64,000 nucleotides of DNA from Podarcis pityusensis (taxonomy: Eukaryota), in NCBI GenBank assembly GCA_964106645.2, contig OZ067046.1; one strand, written 5' to 3'. Shown one piece after another: positions 1 through 11,689 of the stretch (positions are counted from its first letter, which is position 1; every line of letters starts with the position of its first letter). The translations under genes were made by a program, and so were the position numbers. The notes beneath the pieces were generated by a model. That model was not told the DNA's origin, did no database searches, and saw only the letters and a list, made by a program, of their open reading frames with translations.

Positions 1-33
1 TGAGTACATTAAGCATACTTTCACACCAACTTA

Positions 34-303
<270 letters not shown>

Positions 304-568
304 CTAATACTGAATGCAGGTTTTGGGAAATAAGCAATGAAAACAGTGACTGGCAAATAGTATAAACTTCGCACAGCAAGGGCAACATTTTCCAAAATGT
401 ACCCCAATATGCACACAAATCCTACAAGGTGAATTCATAACATTACGCTTTTTCATTACTTCTAAGTTATATCCAACAGTGGCTTTGTGATAGCAGAAGT
501 GATTTTCTTGCCATCCTATCCTATTCAAAAGCTACGCTTGACAGCTGGGGGATCCTCCAGAACAGCAC

Positions 569-604
569 AGGATATGGCATAGAGGGAGGATATGGCATAG
601 AGGG
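569..604. repeat. 18-bp perfect tandem duplication (aggatatggcatagaggg x2)
   Basis: Read directly. Confidence 0.9.
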
Positions 605-872
605 CTGCAAATGGTAGGAGGGATTGATAAAAATGGGTGTGTTAAGTTACACGAGTGGAAGTGCTTCCTTTAGCACAAAGCCACCAGTAGATACAACCCT
701 GTGTTCAGAAAGAAATGGGTGAACTGTCAAATCGACCCTTCATCCCAGGTTTGAACATCCTGTGACCCAGAAATGCAAATGCACAGTCCATCACCCACAT
801 CTTGTCAAACTTTTGATAACATATTGTCTATGCAAGCCCCCAAGTTGTGGAACTCACTCTCCACAAAGGTAT

Positions 873-901
873 TAGTAGTAGTAGTAGTAGTAGTAGTAGT
901 A
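873..901. repeat. (TAG)n microsatellite, probably a retroelement tail inside a decayed L2 fragment
   Basis: About 9 TAG units. The left flank reads QAPKLWNSL, an L2 C-terminal motif. Confidence 0.8.
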
Positions 902-1313
902 TTAATTATAATTTATATACCTGGAAGTCTCAAGGCGGTTCACAGAACAAAATCAAAATATAAAACCACAAAACATCTAGCTCCTTCACTACAGAGTTCT
1001 TGGAGAATGCTGATGGTAGAGTTATTGATATATATTTTATGACCTATCCCATTTTTTGCGATTTTAAGTTACTTTAATCTGTTGTAATGTGTTTTAATTT
1101 GTGGTAAATAATAGCAACGCCCTGCCCACCCCACCCCATTTTACAGTGCAAGGCAAGCAGCAGAAGAGGTTTATTGAGCCACTGTTGGAACATCACACCT
1201 GGAATGGCTTAGGTTAGTGAGTTCCAACTGGTGCAGGTGTGCTGCATGTTGAGAAGCCATGCCGTTTGGTTTCTTTATTGTTGTACTGGGACTTCAGTAT
1301 TAGTCCTTTGGGT

Positions 1314-1440
1314 CAGGGGAAGAGAACTTGGGGTCCTCCAGATGGTGGCTGAAGTACAACTCCCATTATCCAGGGCCATGTTAGCGAAGTCTCATGGGAG
1401 GTGAAGACCAGCAACATCTGGAGGTTTAAAAGCTCCTGCA
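1314..1440. mobile_element. Degenerate ~135-bp palindromic hAT-type MITE
   Basis: cctccagatg...tacaactcccat...atgggag...aacatctggagg, same architecture as 35273-35408 and 59786-59921. Confidence 0.6.
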
Positions 1441-3044
1441 TTAGATGCTACTGATACAAAAAGAGTCTACCATTGTGTCGTCTTCTTTGTGCATGCAAGA
1501 GACAAAAATTTGCATTGATAGAAATGTCAGACTGACAGGCTAAAAGCAACGGGAAAAAAACAGCACTGAACTAAGCTATAGGCAGCAGAATGAAATATCT
1601 GCAGGATGCTTTGAAAGCAGAGACATTACTGACTGGTCACTCCTGCGTGTGTTTTCACATTTCTTCAGCTGCCTCTAAAATGTGCATGCATTGCAAAAAC
1701 AGGAATGAGCAGAGTGTAACTTCAGTGAGTGTAGACTCACACAACTGTTTCATCTGTTGGTTTGTGCGATAGGCATGCCATGTGCAGACCTCTCTTCCTA
1801 ATGGTGTGCACGCATAGCTTGTGTGAAAAAAACAGCTGACCCGACAAAAGCATAACACAAGCTGCAACAGAATTTCTTGCACACATGGACCTGATCATTG
1901 CTTTGGCAGTCTGGTATCAAAAACCACCTATACCAACAGAACGGAGAGTGGGCTACAGAACACACAGTGCTCAGAGCTCTCTAATCTATGCAGGTTTGCC
2001 AAGCACATCTGCATGATTCCAGGACAAATTTCAATACCGTATTCCAGGAGATAATGAGCAGTAGATGAGAGAGGAGTGAATGATGAGCTGACACAGTGAC
2101 TGGACTTTTCATTTGCTTGGCAACTAATAGGAGTCTCTCTCCCTTTCCTGAGCCTTTTTTTTTGCCAAATCTGATGTACATTGCCTTTGGCATACAATAA
2201 TTTTGTAGTAAGACTGGTCCCAATCACTTGTTCTAAACAATTAGCTCCCATTCCGTATCATTTAAATTAGAAATTTCTGACCAAGAAAGACTATTCATTT
2301 TAATTGGGAAGCAGAGATAGATAATCGGGTATATCTGTGTTCCAGTATACTTTTTTGGCAAGAAAATTGCTCTTATTCCTCTCTCTCCCTATCTCCCTCC
2401 ACCATCACATGCTCCTATCCACCTGGAGGGCAAATGCATGTTGATGCAGGTTTCTGTGAGTATATCCCTTGCTGGATAAGAACCTGTGTGTTGTTTTATC
2501 ATGTTACACATGCTTTTAAATATATTAGAAAGCTCTCCTGGTATTTAATTGTGATGTATCCCTATTTCTTTTAGCCAACCATGTGAAATGTACATTGAAT
2601 TTATTTCAGTGGAAATGAGGCATCTTGGAGTCATTGAGCACAGGGACTGCAACATTTTCATATAAGCTAAACTGTATGTGTATTTAAGTTGACCTGAATC
2701 TCAAGATATTATGATAAAGGGAAAAGTTGAGTTAGTTTGCTACCATACACTGCACCTTAGTCACTTGAGTGCTACTTAATTCACAGCATTTTCAAGTTAC
2801 ATTTAATTTTTAGGAATTAAAGCATTTGTATAGAAAGCTTTAAAGGAGCTACAATTGTATAAAGACACTTGTACTATAAAATATGTGTTTATTTCAGAGT
2901 TTGTTATTGTAATATATAGCCGGACACCTAGAAAACAAGAAAGAGAGAATCCATTTCAAGACCTCTGTTTCATTTTTTAAAAATTCTACTAATTCTAAGG
3001 GTCAATTCCTTCAAGGATAAAAGTGTATCTTTTGTCTTTCTTAC

Positions 3045-3197
3045 CAGTGAAATTTCCTCCAATAACATATGGAATGACACCCCCAGGCCATATCCGTTCT
3101 GTGCGTGATGTAGCTGCTCGTGGAAACCGTTTCTTCTCATAGCTCCCTGAGAATGTTAGAGCTGCTCTTCCCTTTGTTATATTATTTTGCTGAAAAC
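3045..3197 (-). CDS. TLL1: Tolloid-like protein 1, coding exon 4 (end of prodomain, furin site, start of astacin domain)
   Basis: 153 bp, acceptor ...cattgcAG, donor G|GTAAGA, phase 1-1. Translates (G)[50 protein letters not shown](G). Not in the ORF track because it has no ATG; read manually. Confidence 0.97.
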
Positions 3198-3877
3198 CTG
3201 CAATGATATTTATAATAGAAAATGGAACAAAATGCTTAAAATTTCCTTAATGAAAATATCTTCTTCAAAGATAGAAGGATTTCCCCCCTATATATATACC
3301 CAGACTTGCAATGCAATGGGCAAACATGAATTAACAAATGCTTAAAATGAATTGAACTAACAGCTCAATACTATGGAGTTGTTTATCATGCACCGATGCC
3401 AAATCCATGCAACCATGCAGCTCATGTCTTCATTGCCATGTGTCCCTGTTTGCACCTGCTTGAAAAATCCCTGGACAACAGGCATGCTCGTGCCATAGTA
3501 CCAGACTTGGAACTGGGTTCAAGTCCTGAGACAGCAGAACAGCTTCCTTGAACTGGCACACAGGATCCTGTTGCCAGTCCTATGAAACTCTGCCTTAATG
3601 CAGTGGTTTGTCAGATACAGTTGCATAACTGAATCTTTATTTATAAGGATTCACACATGTTGTTATATAGAAAGCACTTAAACATTAAAAAAGAGGCAGG
3701 CAAATTAAGACTACCAGGGCTGCATGATGTTACACAGCCAAGTCACTTTTCCAAACCCTGGGTGCCCCTGTTGCAGGGGACAATTTGCAAGAGAGATGGT
3801 GGTAGGCGGTAGGCAGAAAGAGGATCCTAATTCTTCTCCTGTAGACACCTCATTCCTTCTGCAACTACTTCCCTCTA

Positions 3878-4168
3878 TGTCAGAAACTAGACTGAGGAGG
3901 AATGGTGGGAACCGCCGCCCCCCCCCCCTTCTGCTGACCCTTCCTGAGAACAGGAGGACAGTATAGATTTAGATCAGTGGTTTGCAGAAGGGCATAGTTC
4001 AGAGGCTGCAGAGAGCAGAAGCTGGGAAATATTGGAAGATGAACAGCAAGAAGGAGAGAGGGGAGAGACAGCTGACAGACTCAATGTCCTTGGAAAGCAT
4101 TCCTGACCCCCCTTCTCCCAGGACCAGATGGGCGTTGAGAGAGCTCAGTGGCAGAAGGCTCAGATTAT
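3878..4168 (+). mobile_element. Putative partial LTR (Gypsy-like solo LTR fragment)
   Basis: Starts TGTCAG, followed by the purine-rich gaggaggaatggtggg...cagtggtttgcagaaggg...ccaggaccagatgggcgttgaga pattern I recall from lizard LTRs. No 3' CA end or TSD found. Confidence 0.4.
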
Positions 4169-4892
4169 AACGTAGATTAGGGGAGATGGGGGGGGGTGGG
4201 ACTTTACTTGGAGCAACACCATCATTGCATACAGACTATGCCCCTTTCTCTCTGTGTGTGAATACTGAATAAATTATGTGGTAACGACTTTTCTTTGGCT
4301 GCCACCTGGGGAGGGATAGTATTCTCTGAGCCTTGACACCCCACCACTTTTTCCCTCAACGGTGGATGCAAATTTATCTCAGTGATTGTAACTAATGTAT
4401 CAGTGACCATATCACCAACCTATATTATTGCATTCCCCAATGAATGAACAGTAAGTCATATACTGAGAGGTAATTGCAATTTCGATTTACCTTCTATATT
4501 TAGATTCCAGAAATTAAATATAAAACAGGATCTGTCAAACTTGAACTTTGGGATAAATTTAGTCACTTTTCAGAGTTTCCCATTTCTCATAAACTAGGCT
4601 TAAGCAGTTCAGCCCAATAATATATATTTTTAGGGTCTCTTTTACTCACAGCATACATAGAATTCCCTAATCCACCGGAGCTTGTCCATTGATCTCAATA
4701 TAGAAATCCCGTCTGTATTCACACCTCCCCTCTTGCAGTTTGTGTGCCTCCACTGATCTCAGGGAAGCTGGTACATGCAAGAGCTAGCAAATCAAAGTGT
4801 GCACACCTCTGTGGATTGTGATGGAGACAAATCTTACAGTACTCAGTGGCATTGTAAAATCTGGACATCTACCCACTGGAATAGTACAATAC

Positions 4893-4973
4893 CTGAGCCA
4901 AATCTTCTTAAGCTGTCTATAAGCTGAAACAGGGCATCGCTTTTTTTTGAGACTGCACGCTCTCCAAAACCAC
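4893..4973 (-). CDS. TLL1: Tolloid-like protein 1, coding exon 3 (prodomain)
   Basis: 81 bp, acceptor ...cttcttttaaaAG, donor G|GTATTG, phase 1-1. Translates (G)GFGERAVSKKSDALFQLIDSLRRFGS(G), homologous to the recalled TLL1 segment [27 protein letters not shown]. Confidence 0.92.
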
Positions 4974-6774
4974 CTTTTAAAAGAAGAATATTCAATGAGA
5001 AACCGCACACATACATCGAGCACACGAGTTTACAGAAAACTGAGGTGGGGGAAAAGAATTTTTCTGAATGTGAGGAGATTGCTAAAGAAATGTGCCTTTA
5101 ACATTCTTTTGGCCATTAACATTCTATTGAGAATGAAACAAAAACAAATTTGTTGTCATAAGGCCTTTTTTTTAGTGTGCATTCCAAAATGCCAGCCAGC
5201 ATAACTTTGGCATTTCAACAATTTACAACAGTTACATCATCTAATTACAATTTGCCAATTCCCCCCAGGGCCTTGACAAGTCTCAGTACTATGAATGGCA
5301 AACTTTATTCTTATTTCAGAGATACGCAATTCTACAGACTTGGATAAAGCACAGGTATCCAAGAGTATTGAGGAGACAGATAAAACATATGATTTAAAAA
5401 ATACAAGATAGTTGAATTCACATTGGATGCAATTCACAATAGAGTGTGTACCTCCAGGTGTGATGTCAAACTATGATACACTTAAAGTTATTGACATACA
5501 TGTGGTTTTTACTAAGACTGGAAGGCATATAAGGATGCTAAGTTATCAGTAACTTGAGTACTAATAGCTGAGGAACTGGTGGATAGAGTCCTAAAAATGA
5601 ATTACAGGAACAGCCAGATCCTTTATCTCAATATCCACCATGCCACAAAAATCAGATCTCTTCTGATAGCATTTATGTTTGACTTCTTTTGCCTCTGAAC
5701 GGTCTGTCTGCAGTTGTCTTCAAGCGTTAAATCTATCACCAGCAACTTCATTGTATAGAGGGCTTTTGGGTGACTTCATAAAATCCCCATTATTGATATT
5801 TGTAAAAAATATCTAATACTAAAGAACCATTATTCCTGCTTGTTACAGAAGAACTGGAATGATATTTTTTTAAGGCTTAAAGCGGTACAATGAAACATAG
5901 GTTAGCCATTTCAGCAATTCTCTGAATTCTTTTGACATACAGTTTCCACGCAAGCTTCCCAAATGGCAATCTTCAAAGACATATTACAAAGTACACAGTG
6001 CCATAAAAGGCAAGCTTGTTGCATGGTTGCTCAATAATCTGTGTAATTATTTGCTTTACACTGTCACATAGCTGCAGCGGCCCTCAAGAAAAATTTCTCA
6101 AATTTTTGCTTAGATTTTAAGGGAATGAGACAATACTTTAAGACATTCCTTCTGAATGAGATATTTTATAGCACCAGAGTGTACTAGACAGCACACCAAC
6201 ATTTGCTGCCCATTGATGTAATACTTTATTTATGAAAAAACAAACACAATGAAAGAAAGTGAATAACTACACAGAAGAGTATAGTTTTTACTAAGGATAC
6301 CGGTAAATATCCTCAGCTAACAATGGAATTCCATACAGGTCGACTCAGATATAAGTGCCATAGAGTTCAATGGGGCTTGCTCCCAAGTAAGTAGTACTGC
6401 TGCCTTAAAAACAATAATTTTCATTTGTTGTTCATGGTTCAAATTTATTCAAATTCATTTATATACCTTCAGATTCCAAAATTGAATTTTTGATTCTATA
6501 AGAAATTTTAGATTAATGTACAGATAAACTGCACTATCGTTCATATTTAAAAATATATAATACTTCTACTTCAAGAATTAGAATGAAAAACTCCCTGATT
6601 CTAAATATTTCCACTTTTTTACAATGTGTCATAGTAATGCAGCTATAGAAAGTAACATTTCCTGAAATAACATAACTTTGCCTAAAGAATAATATTCTGC
6701 TTTTTCTGGCAGTGAGCATGCATGTTTCCCAAGAAAGACATGAAGAATATTAATCTGAGAGGTGTTGTATATTG

Positions 6775-6775
<1 letters not shown>

Positions 6776-6813
<38 letters not shown>
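6776..6813. repeat. (TA)n microsatellite
   Basis: About 19 TA units. Confidence 0.95.
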
Positions 6814-6818
<5 letters not shown>

Positions 6819-7538
6819 GTTTTTCGGATGTTTGTGAATCCAAAACAAGAATGCAGGCTAAACAAAATAATCACTTATGTTCAAGTCTGAGAAGTGATTC
6901 ACCTTGCTGTGTTTATCTGTCAGCAAAATTAGGCTGTGAAACAGTTCAAAGCTAATTAAAACTACTTGTTGTGGTGAGGGTGGGTGGAATTAACTGAATC
7001 TATTAACATTTAAATCCAGATCTTTGAAAAGATCAAAAGATTCTACTACTTAGAACAAACAGGTGATTTTAAGAAAAGATAAGCAAAAAATGACGAGAAA
7101 GTGTAAAAATAGTACATTCATTATTAATTGACCAGAAGGCAGAACTCTAAAAATTACTTTTGTAAAAAAGAATGCCCATGGACTGGGGAAAGGGATTGAA
7201 CTGGCAATTCTAGCTATGCTTTGAACAGCAGATTGCAGATATTCTGAGGTGATAATATTTCTCTCCCATACTGTAGAAAGCTAAACTTTCTGATCTCTGA
7301 ATATCAAGGTGCTGTTAAAGAAGGAAGAGCAGGTCAGGCTATTTAATCCTGGTCATTTGGCAACTCATTTGGCCGGAGGTGAAGAAAATGAAGTGCTTTC
7401 TCCCAGTCAGCAGCATCTTCCAGGTGAATCACAACTGAGACAAGCAGAATAGTTACGTGATCTTATACTACAACTGGTCTTATTGGGGCATGGAGGTGGG
7501 CTCTCTTTAGATATGAAAGTGCACTACTTCACATACTT

Positions 7539-7864
7539 CATTCGGCCCGGACACTGAGGTCCAGTGCCGAGGGCCTTCTGGCGGTTCCCTCACTGTGAGA
7601 AGCAAAGTTACAGGGAACCAGGCAGAGGGCCTTCTCGGTAGTGGCACCCACCCTGTGGAACACCCTCCCACCAGATGTCAAGGAATAAACAACTATCTGA
7701 CTTTTAGAAGACCTCTGAAGGCAGCCCTGTTTAGGGAAGTTTTTTAATGACTGATGTTTTAATGTATTTTTAATCTCCTGTTGGAAGCCGCCCACAGTGC
7801 CTGGGGAAACCCAGCCAGATGGGCAGGATATAAGTAATAAATTGTTGTTGTTGTTGTTGTTGTT
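7539..7864 (+). mobile_element. L2-clade LINE 3' end (5'-truncated)
   Basis: Encodes ...RTLRSSAEGLLAVP...TRQRAFSVVAPTLWNTLP...LKAALFRE, the L2 ORF2 C-terminus, then a 3' UTR and a (TTG)n tail. Confidence 0.85.
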
Positions 7865-9804
7865 ACTTTGAATAGTCTCACATCCTCTTTATATGATTAT
7901 ATGTACTACTGCACTTACTTCAAAATACAGATCATAGATAATAGATCTGGAAGTGACCCTGAGGGAAATCTAGTCTGACCCCCTCCAATGCAGGAATATG
8001 CAGCTGACCTGCTGCAGTTTGGGTCTCACTTCTCAGTGGGACCCAAAGTTCTGCCCTGAGTCAACAGTTACATGGACATCACAGCAGCAGTTGGAAATGT
8101 TTCCCAGAGAAGTAAACAGATGTATTTTCTTTGAATTAGACTCCACTGCTAACAATGTAAACATGTTAGCACAGATTAGTGCTTTATAATTGTTTGCATG
8201 CTGTACGCAGATTTCATGTTAATAAATCAGGGATATAATTATGGACGTTCTAAAGAATTTGTCTCGGGGCATTTTTTTCTATTAAAAACTCATTCTGGCA
8301 TTACTTAACTGATGGAACAAATCTCTATCTATTATGAATTGCACAAAAACACCTTCAGATCTTAAGGCGAAGACTGTGCTTTGTTGCACCGCTCCTACAC
8401 AGTTCTCTTTGGATGAAAGGTAACTTGTTTCAAGGCTGTATGGCAGGGAAGAACATTGCGTACACGGCAGTTGTGATGCAGAACTGTCCAGCCAGCCACG
8501 GTGTAAAGGAAAAAGCTTGCAAAGGAGGGAAGAAACTTGAGGCTGAATTGGTTTTAATAGGAAATTACGGCACTGCTTTTCAGGCATGGGACAAATTTCG
8601 GGGGTGAACAGCAAACTTATCCCCAATGCCAAATCCCAGGCGTTTGATGGCTGAAAGGCCTGTCCCTGGCAACTCAGATGTTATTATTTGAGAACAGATG
8701 ATTGCTTTTAGAAGGTTGTTTTTAAATGTTTCAATTGCATTGTTTTAGTTTTAATGTGTTTGCTGCCTTGGGCTCCTTTGAAGGAAGGGAGGGATAGTAT
8801 GTAAACTGGCAAGTGAATAAGTAAGTAAAATCTGCTCTTATTGGCTGTCATTTTCCCCCCAGAATGTCCCTATCATTCAAAGGCATGGGATATGGTGGCA
8901 TCCATGCTTTGGTCAACACAACATTCAGGGGATGGGAGACAGCAACTTGCAGCTGGTGGTATCTGAAAGAAGTGCTACTGCTGACACAGATGTGAAAGGA
9001 AAATAGAGAAAGAGACAGAGAGAAAAGCACCTAACCAAAAAACAACAACCCACAGTCTCTTACCAGTTTTTACCAATTTGTCAATCCATTTATCTCGCCC
9101 ATTATTCAAGGAGGGGCACAGGACATCAAGGACTGGGAAGTTTGGGGGTAGAATCATCCCCGGAAAGTGTACAAACGATTTCATCTTACCAACAGTTCCC
9201 GCAGGAAAGAGCCCCCAGAGCAAGCAGTCTTTGCTTGTAAAAGGTGGTCTGTCTTACTCCTCCCAATCTGAGAATGCTTGACAGTGCAAGAAGACCCCTT
9301 TTGGCCTCCATGCCATCTCTAAGAGCAGCAGGAGGCTCACCTCCTCCACTGCAGCCAGCACCTGAATAATAGGGTGTGTAGCCTCTTTAACAGCCATTCT
9401 TTAGAGGGGCAGAGGAAAAACTACCAACAGGTGCAGCATGACTACTTAAGACTGCAATTTCCTTCCAAATCCTGTCTGGAGTGCTGCCCTGGCTCTGGGT
9501 GTGCTATATCTGGCCAGAAAGCACACAGCTCCACAGGGAGCTATCCGTGGTCCTGCTCATCTGTTGAGCTTCTTTGGTCCTCCCCTGCTCTAGGTTATGA
9601 TCTGCAGGACACCATCAAAAAAATAAGCTCCCAGTTTTGCCCATCCATTTTCATTTCTTTCATTTAATTCAAGTCAATAGTTTGAACATTTAAAATTTGG
9701 GCTCTGCCTTAGTTATAAACTGGTAAGTAGAATGGAATCGTAGTTGAGATTATTTTCCTTCGCTGTTTCTATCCAAGGAAATTGATCCAATTGCAGAGGT
9801 TATT

Positions 9805-10135
9805 AAAGGTAAAGGTAAAGGGACCCCTGACCATTAGGTCCAGTCGTGACCGACTCTGGGGTTCCGGCACTCATCTCGCTTTATTGGCCGAGGGAGCCGG
9901 CGTACAGCTTCTGGGTCATGTGGCCAGCCTGACTAAGCCGCTTCTGGTGAACCAGAGCAGGGCACGCAAATGCCGTTTACCTTCCCGCCGGAGCAGTACC
10001 TATTTATCTACTTGCACTTCGTGCTTTCAAACTGCTAGTTTGGCAGGAGCAGGGACCAAGCAACGGGAGCTCACCCCGTCGTGGGGATTCGAACCACCGA
10101 CCTTCTGATCGGCAAGTCCTAGGCTCTGTGGTTTA
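9805..10135 (-). mobile_element. Sauria SINE (POM-type), near full length
   Basis: (ACCTTT)n tail seen as aaaggtaaaggtaaagg on +. tRNA-derived head with B box (ggttcgaatcc on -) near 10085-10096, and the typical Sauria SINE core. Confidence 0.92.
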
Positions 10136-10734
10136 CTGGTGCTTAAAAGGCTGTCAGGCTGCTTCAAGTAGGTATGCTGCATCCAACAGCTTCTCCAAAG
10201 CAGAAACACAGAAATATATTCTCCTGCCCATGTCTAAAGTATGTACAAAAAGCTAGGGATTGCATAGTGCATATATCCTCATCAACCATCAGGTATGGGG
10301 TTGGCTTGAAATAGAATTGGTTTCTGTTTCACACACACCAAACAGATTTCATTGGCAGGTCATGGGAAAGTGAAATGAGGATATGAATTTCATCCAAGCT
10401 GCTCTCCGCTTCCTTCTGCATAGATCTGGGGTGCAGCATAGATTGGATCCTCTCCATTACCGTCGACACTCACTAACAAGGATGGCCTGCAGTTTCCTCA
10501 TCATCACACTGTACATCTCAGGCTTGTTAATGTAAGCTGGATATTTACACAGCTGTACCGTGCATTAACAAACTGTTCTCAGCATTTCTTCCCATGGAAA
10601 GCCCTGTAGGTATCTATAATGTTTTCCCTGGTCCTTATGCACATGGTAGGCATGGTATATAAGGTCATTTTTGTCTCCACTCAATCCCCAGACAACACAC
10701 TCAGAAGGAGAATGTTTTGTATGAACTTTGGCGA

Positions 10735-10890
10735 GTCCAGAAAACTTGGTTACTTTATTGCTCACCCCTAACCTCCAGTCATTTATGAAGAAATTAAAAG
10801 GATCAGGTCCTGATATTGAACCTTGGAGAACTCTACTTTTTACACCACTGCATTAGGAGAAATGCTGATTTATTCCTAGTCTTTGTAGCT
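10735..10890 (-). mobile_element. Old CR1 LINE reverse-transcriptase fragment
   Basis: Minus strand reads QRLGINQHFS*..VKSRVLQGSISGPDPFNFFIND..GVSNKVTKF, a degenerate form of the CR1 RT motifs SGVPQGSVLGP..FINDL..KFADD. Confidence 0.7.
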
Positions 10891-11578
10891 CTAGGACATC
10901 TAGGGAGCACAGAATTAACAAAACAACGAGGCCCATGGTCAGGTAAAGGTTGAACCATTTACATCAAATGTTTGGTGATGGAAAGTCACTTGGAGCCAGC
11001 TAATCTGAATGAATTGTTACAGCAACATCACTGTCAAAGTGCTGGTTATTTTCTTTAAAGACTGAATTTTTGGGGAAGTGGGTGGGATCAGAATACCTAA
11101 AAGATCATTCCTACCTTCATTAGCTTCCGCATACCTTCAAGTCACAGGAGGGAGTTCACTACCAGAAATTCAGTTAGCAGGTATGGAACAGGATAGCCTT
11201 CTCCATAGCACTTAGATTCTGCAAGTTCCTGCTGCAAGAGATCAACCTGCCCCACCCCTGATGATATTTCCATGACAGGTAAACAGTATTTTATACCAAC
11301 AAGCTTATGTGCTTGTCTGACTTTATCACTGTGATCTCTCAAACTGATTCTTTCTCAAGCTCTCATTTTGAATTGTGCTTTACGATACTGTACTGTGATT
11401 ATAGTTGTGTTTATTGTAGGCAATTGCTATATGCAACATGAAGGTGGGGCATAAATGTTTTGAATAAATATCTTTATGCATATGGGATTTTTTGCTCCAT
11501 AAGAAAACAAATCTATTGCAAGTGCTCATGACGGAACACTGGTTACATTTTAATAAACCAAAATATTTAGCAACTTAC

Positions 11579-11689
11579 CTGTATTATGTCCAAGTCTTTC
11601 ATTTGAATGTTGCGTAAGATCAATTGTTCTGTCAATATGAAACATTTTTAAGTCTTCATCATCTAAGGCAATATCTCCCCAAAAGACAG
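11579..11689 (-). CDS. TLL1: Tolloid-like protein 1, coding exon 2 (prodomain)
   Basis: 111 bp, acceptor ...tttttgtatttaaAG, donor G|GTAAGT, phase 1-1. Translates (A)[36 protein letters not shown](G), containing the astacin-propeptide FxGDI aspartate-switch motif. Matches recalled avian/mammalian TLL1. Confidence 0.97.

Noticed and set aside
4650-4892. Strong downstream donor (CT|GTGAGT at 4649) that could extend exon 3 by 243 nt or end a cassette exon (..WRHTNCKRGG..EFYVC)
   Set aside because: The extension has four in-frame stops, the only frame-compatible acceptor is a weak GAG, and the peptide has no recognisable homology. At most an NMD isoform.
10040-10135. tRNA-like sequence with B box (also 43740-43810)
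   Set aside because: Heads of Sauria SINEs, not tRNA genes.
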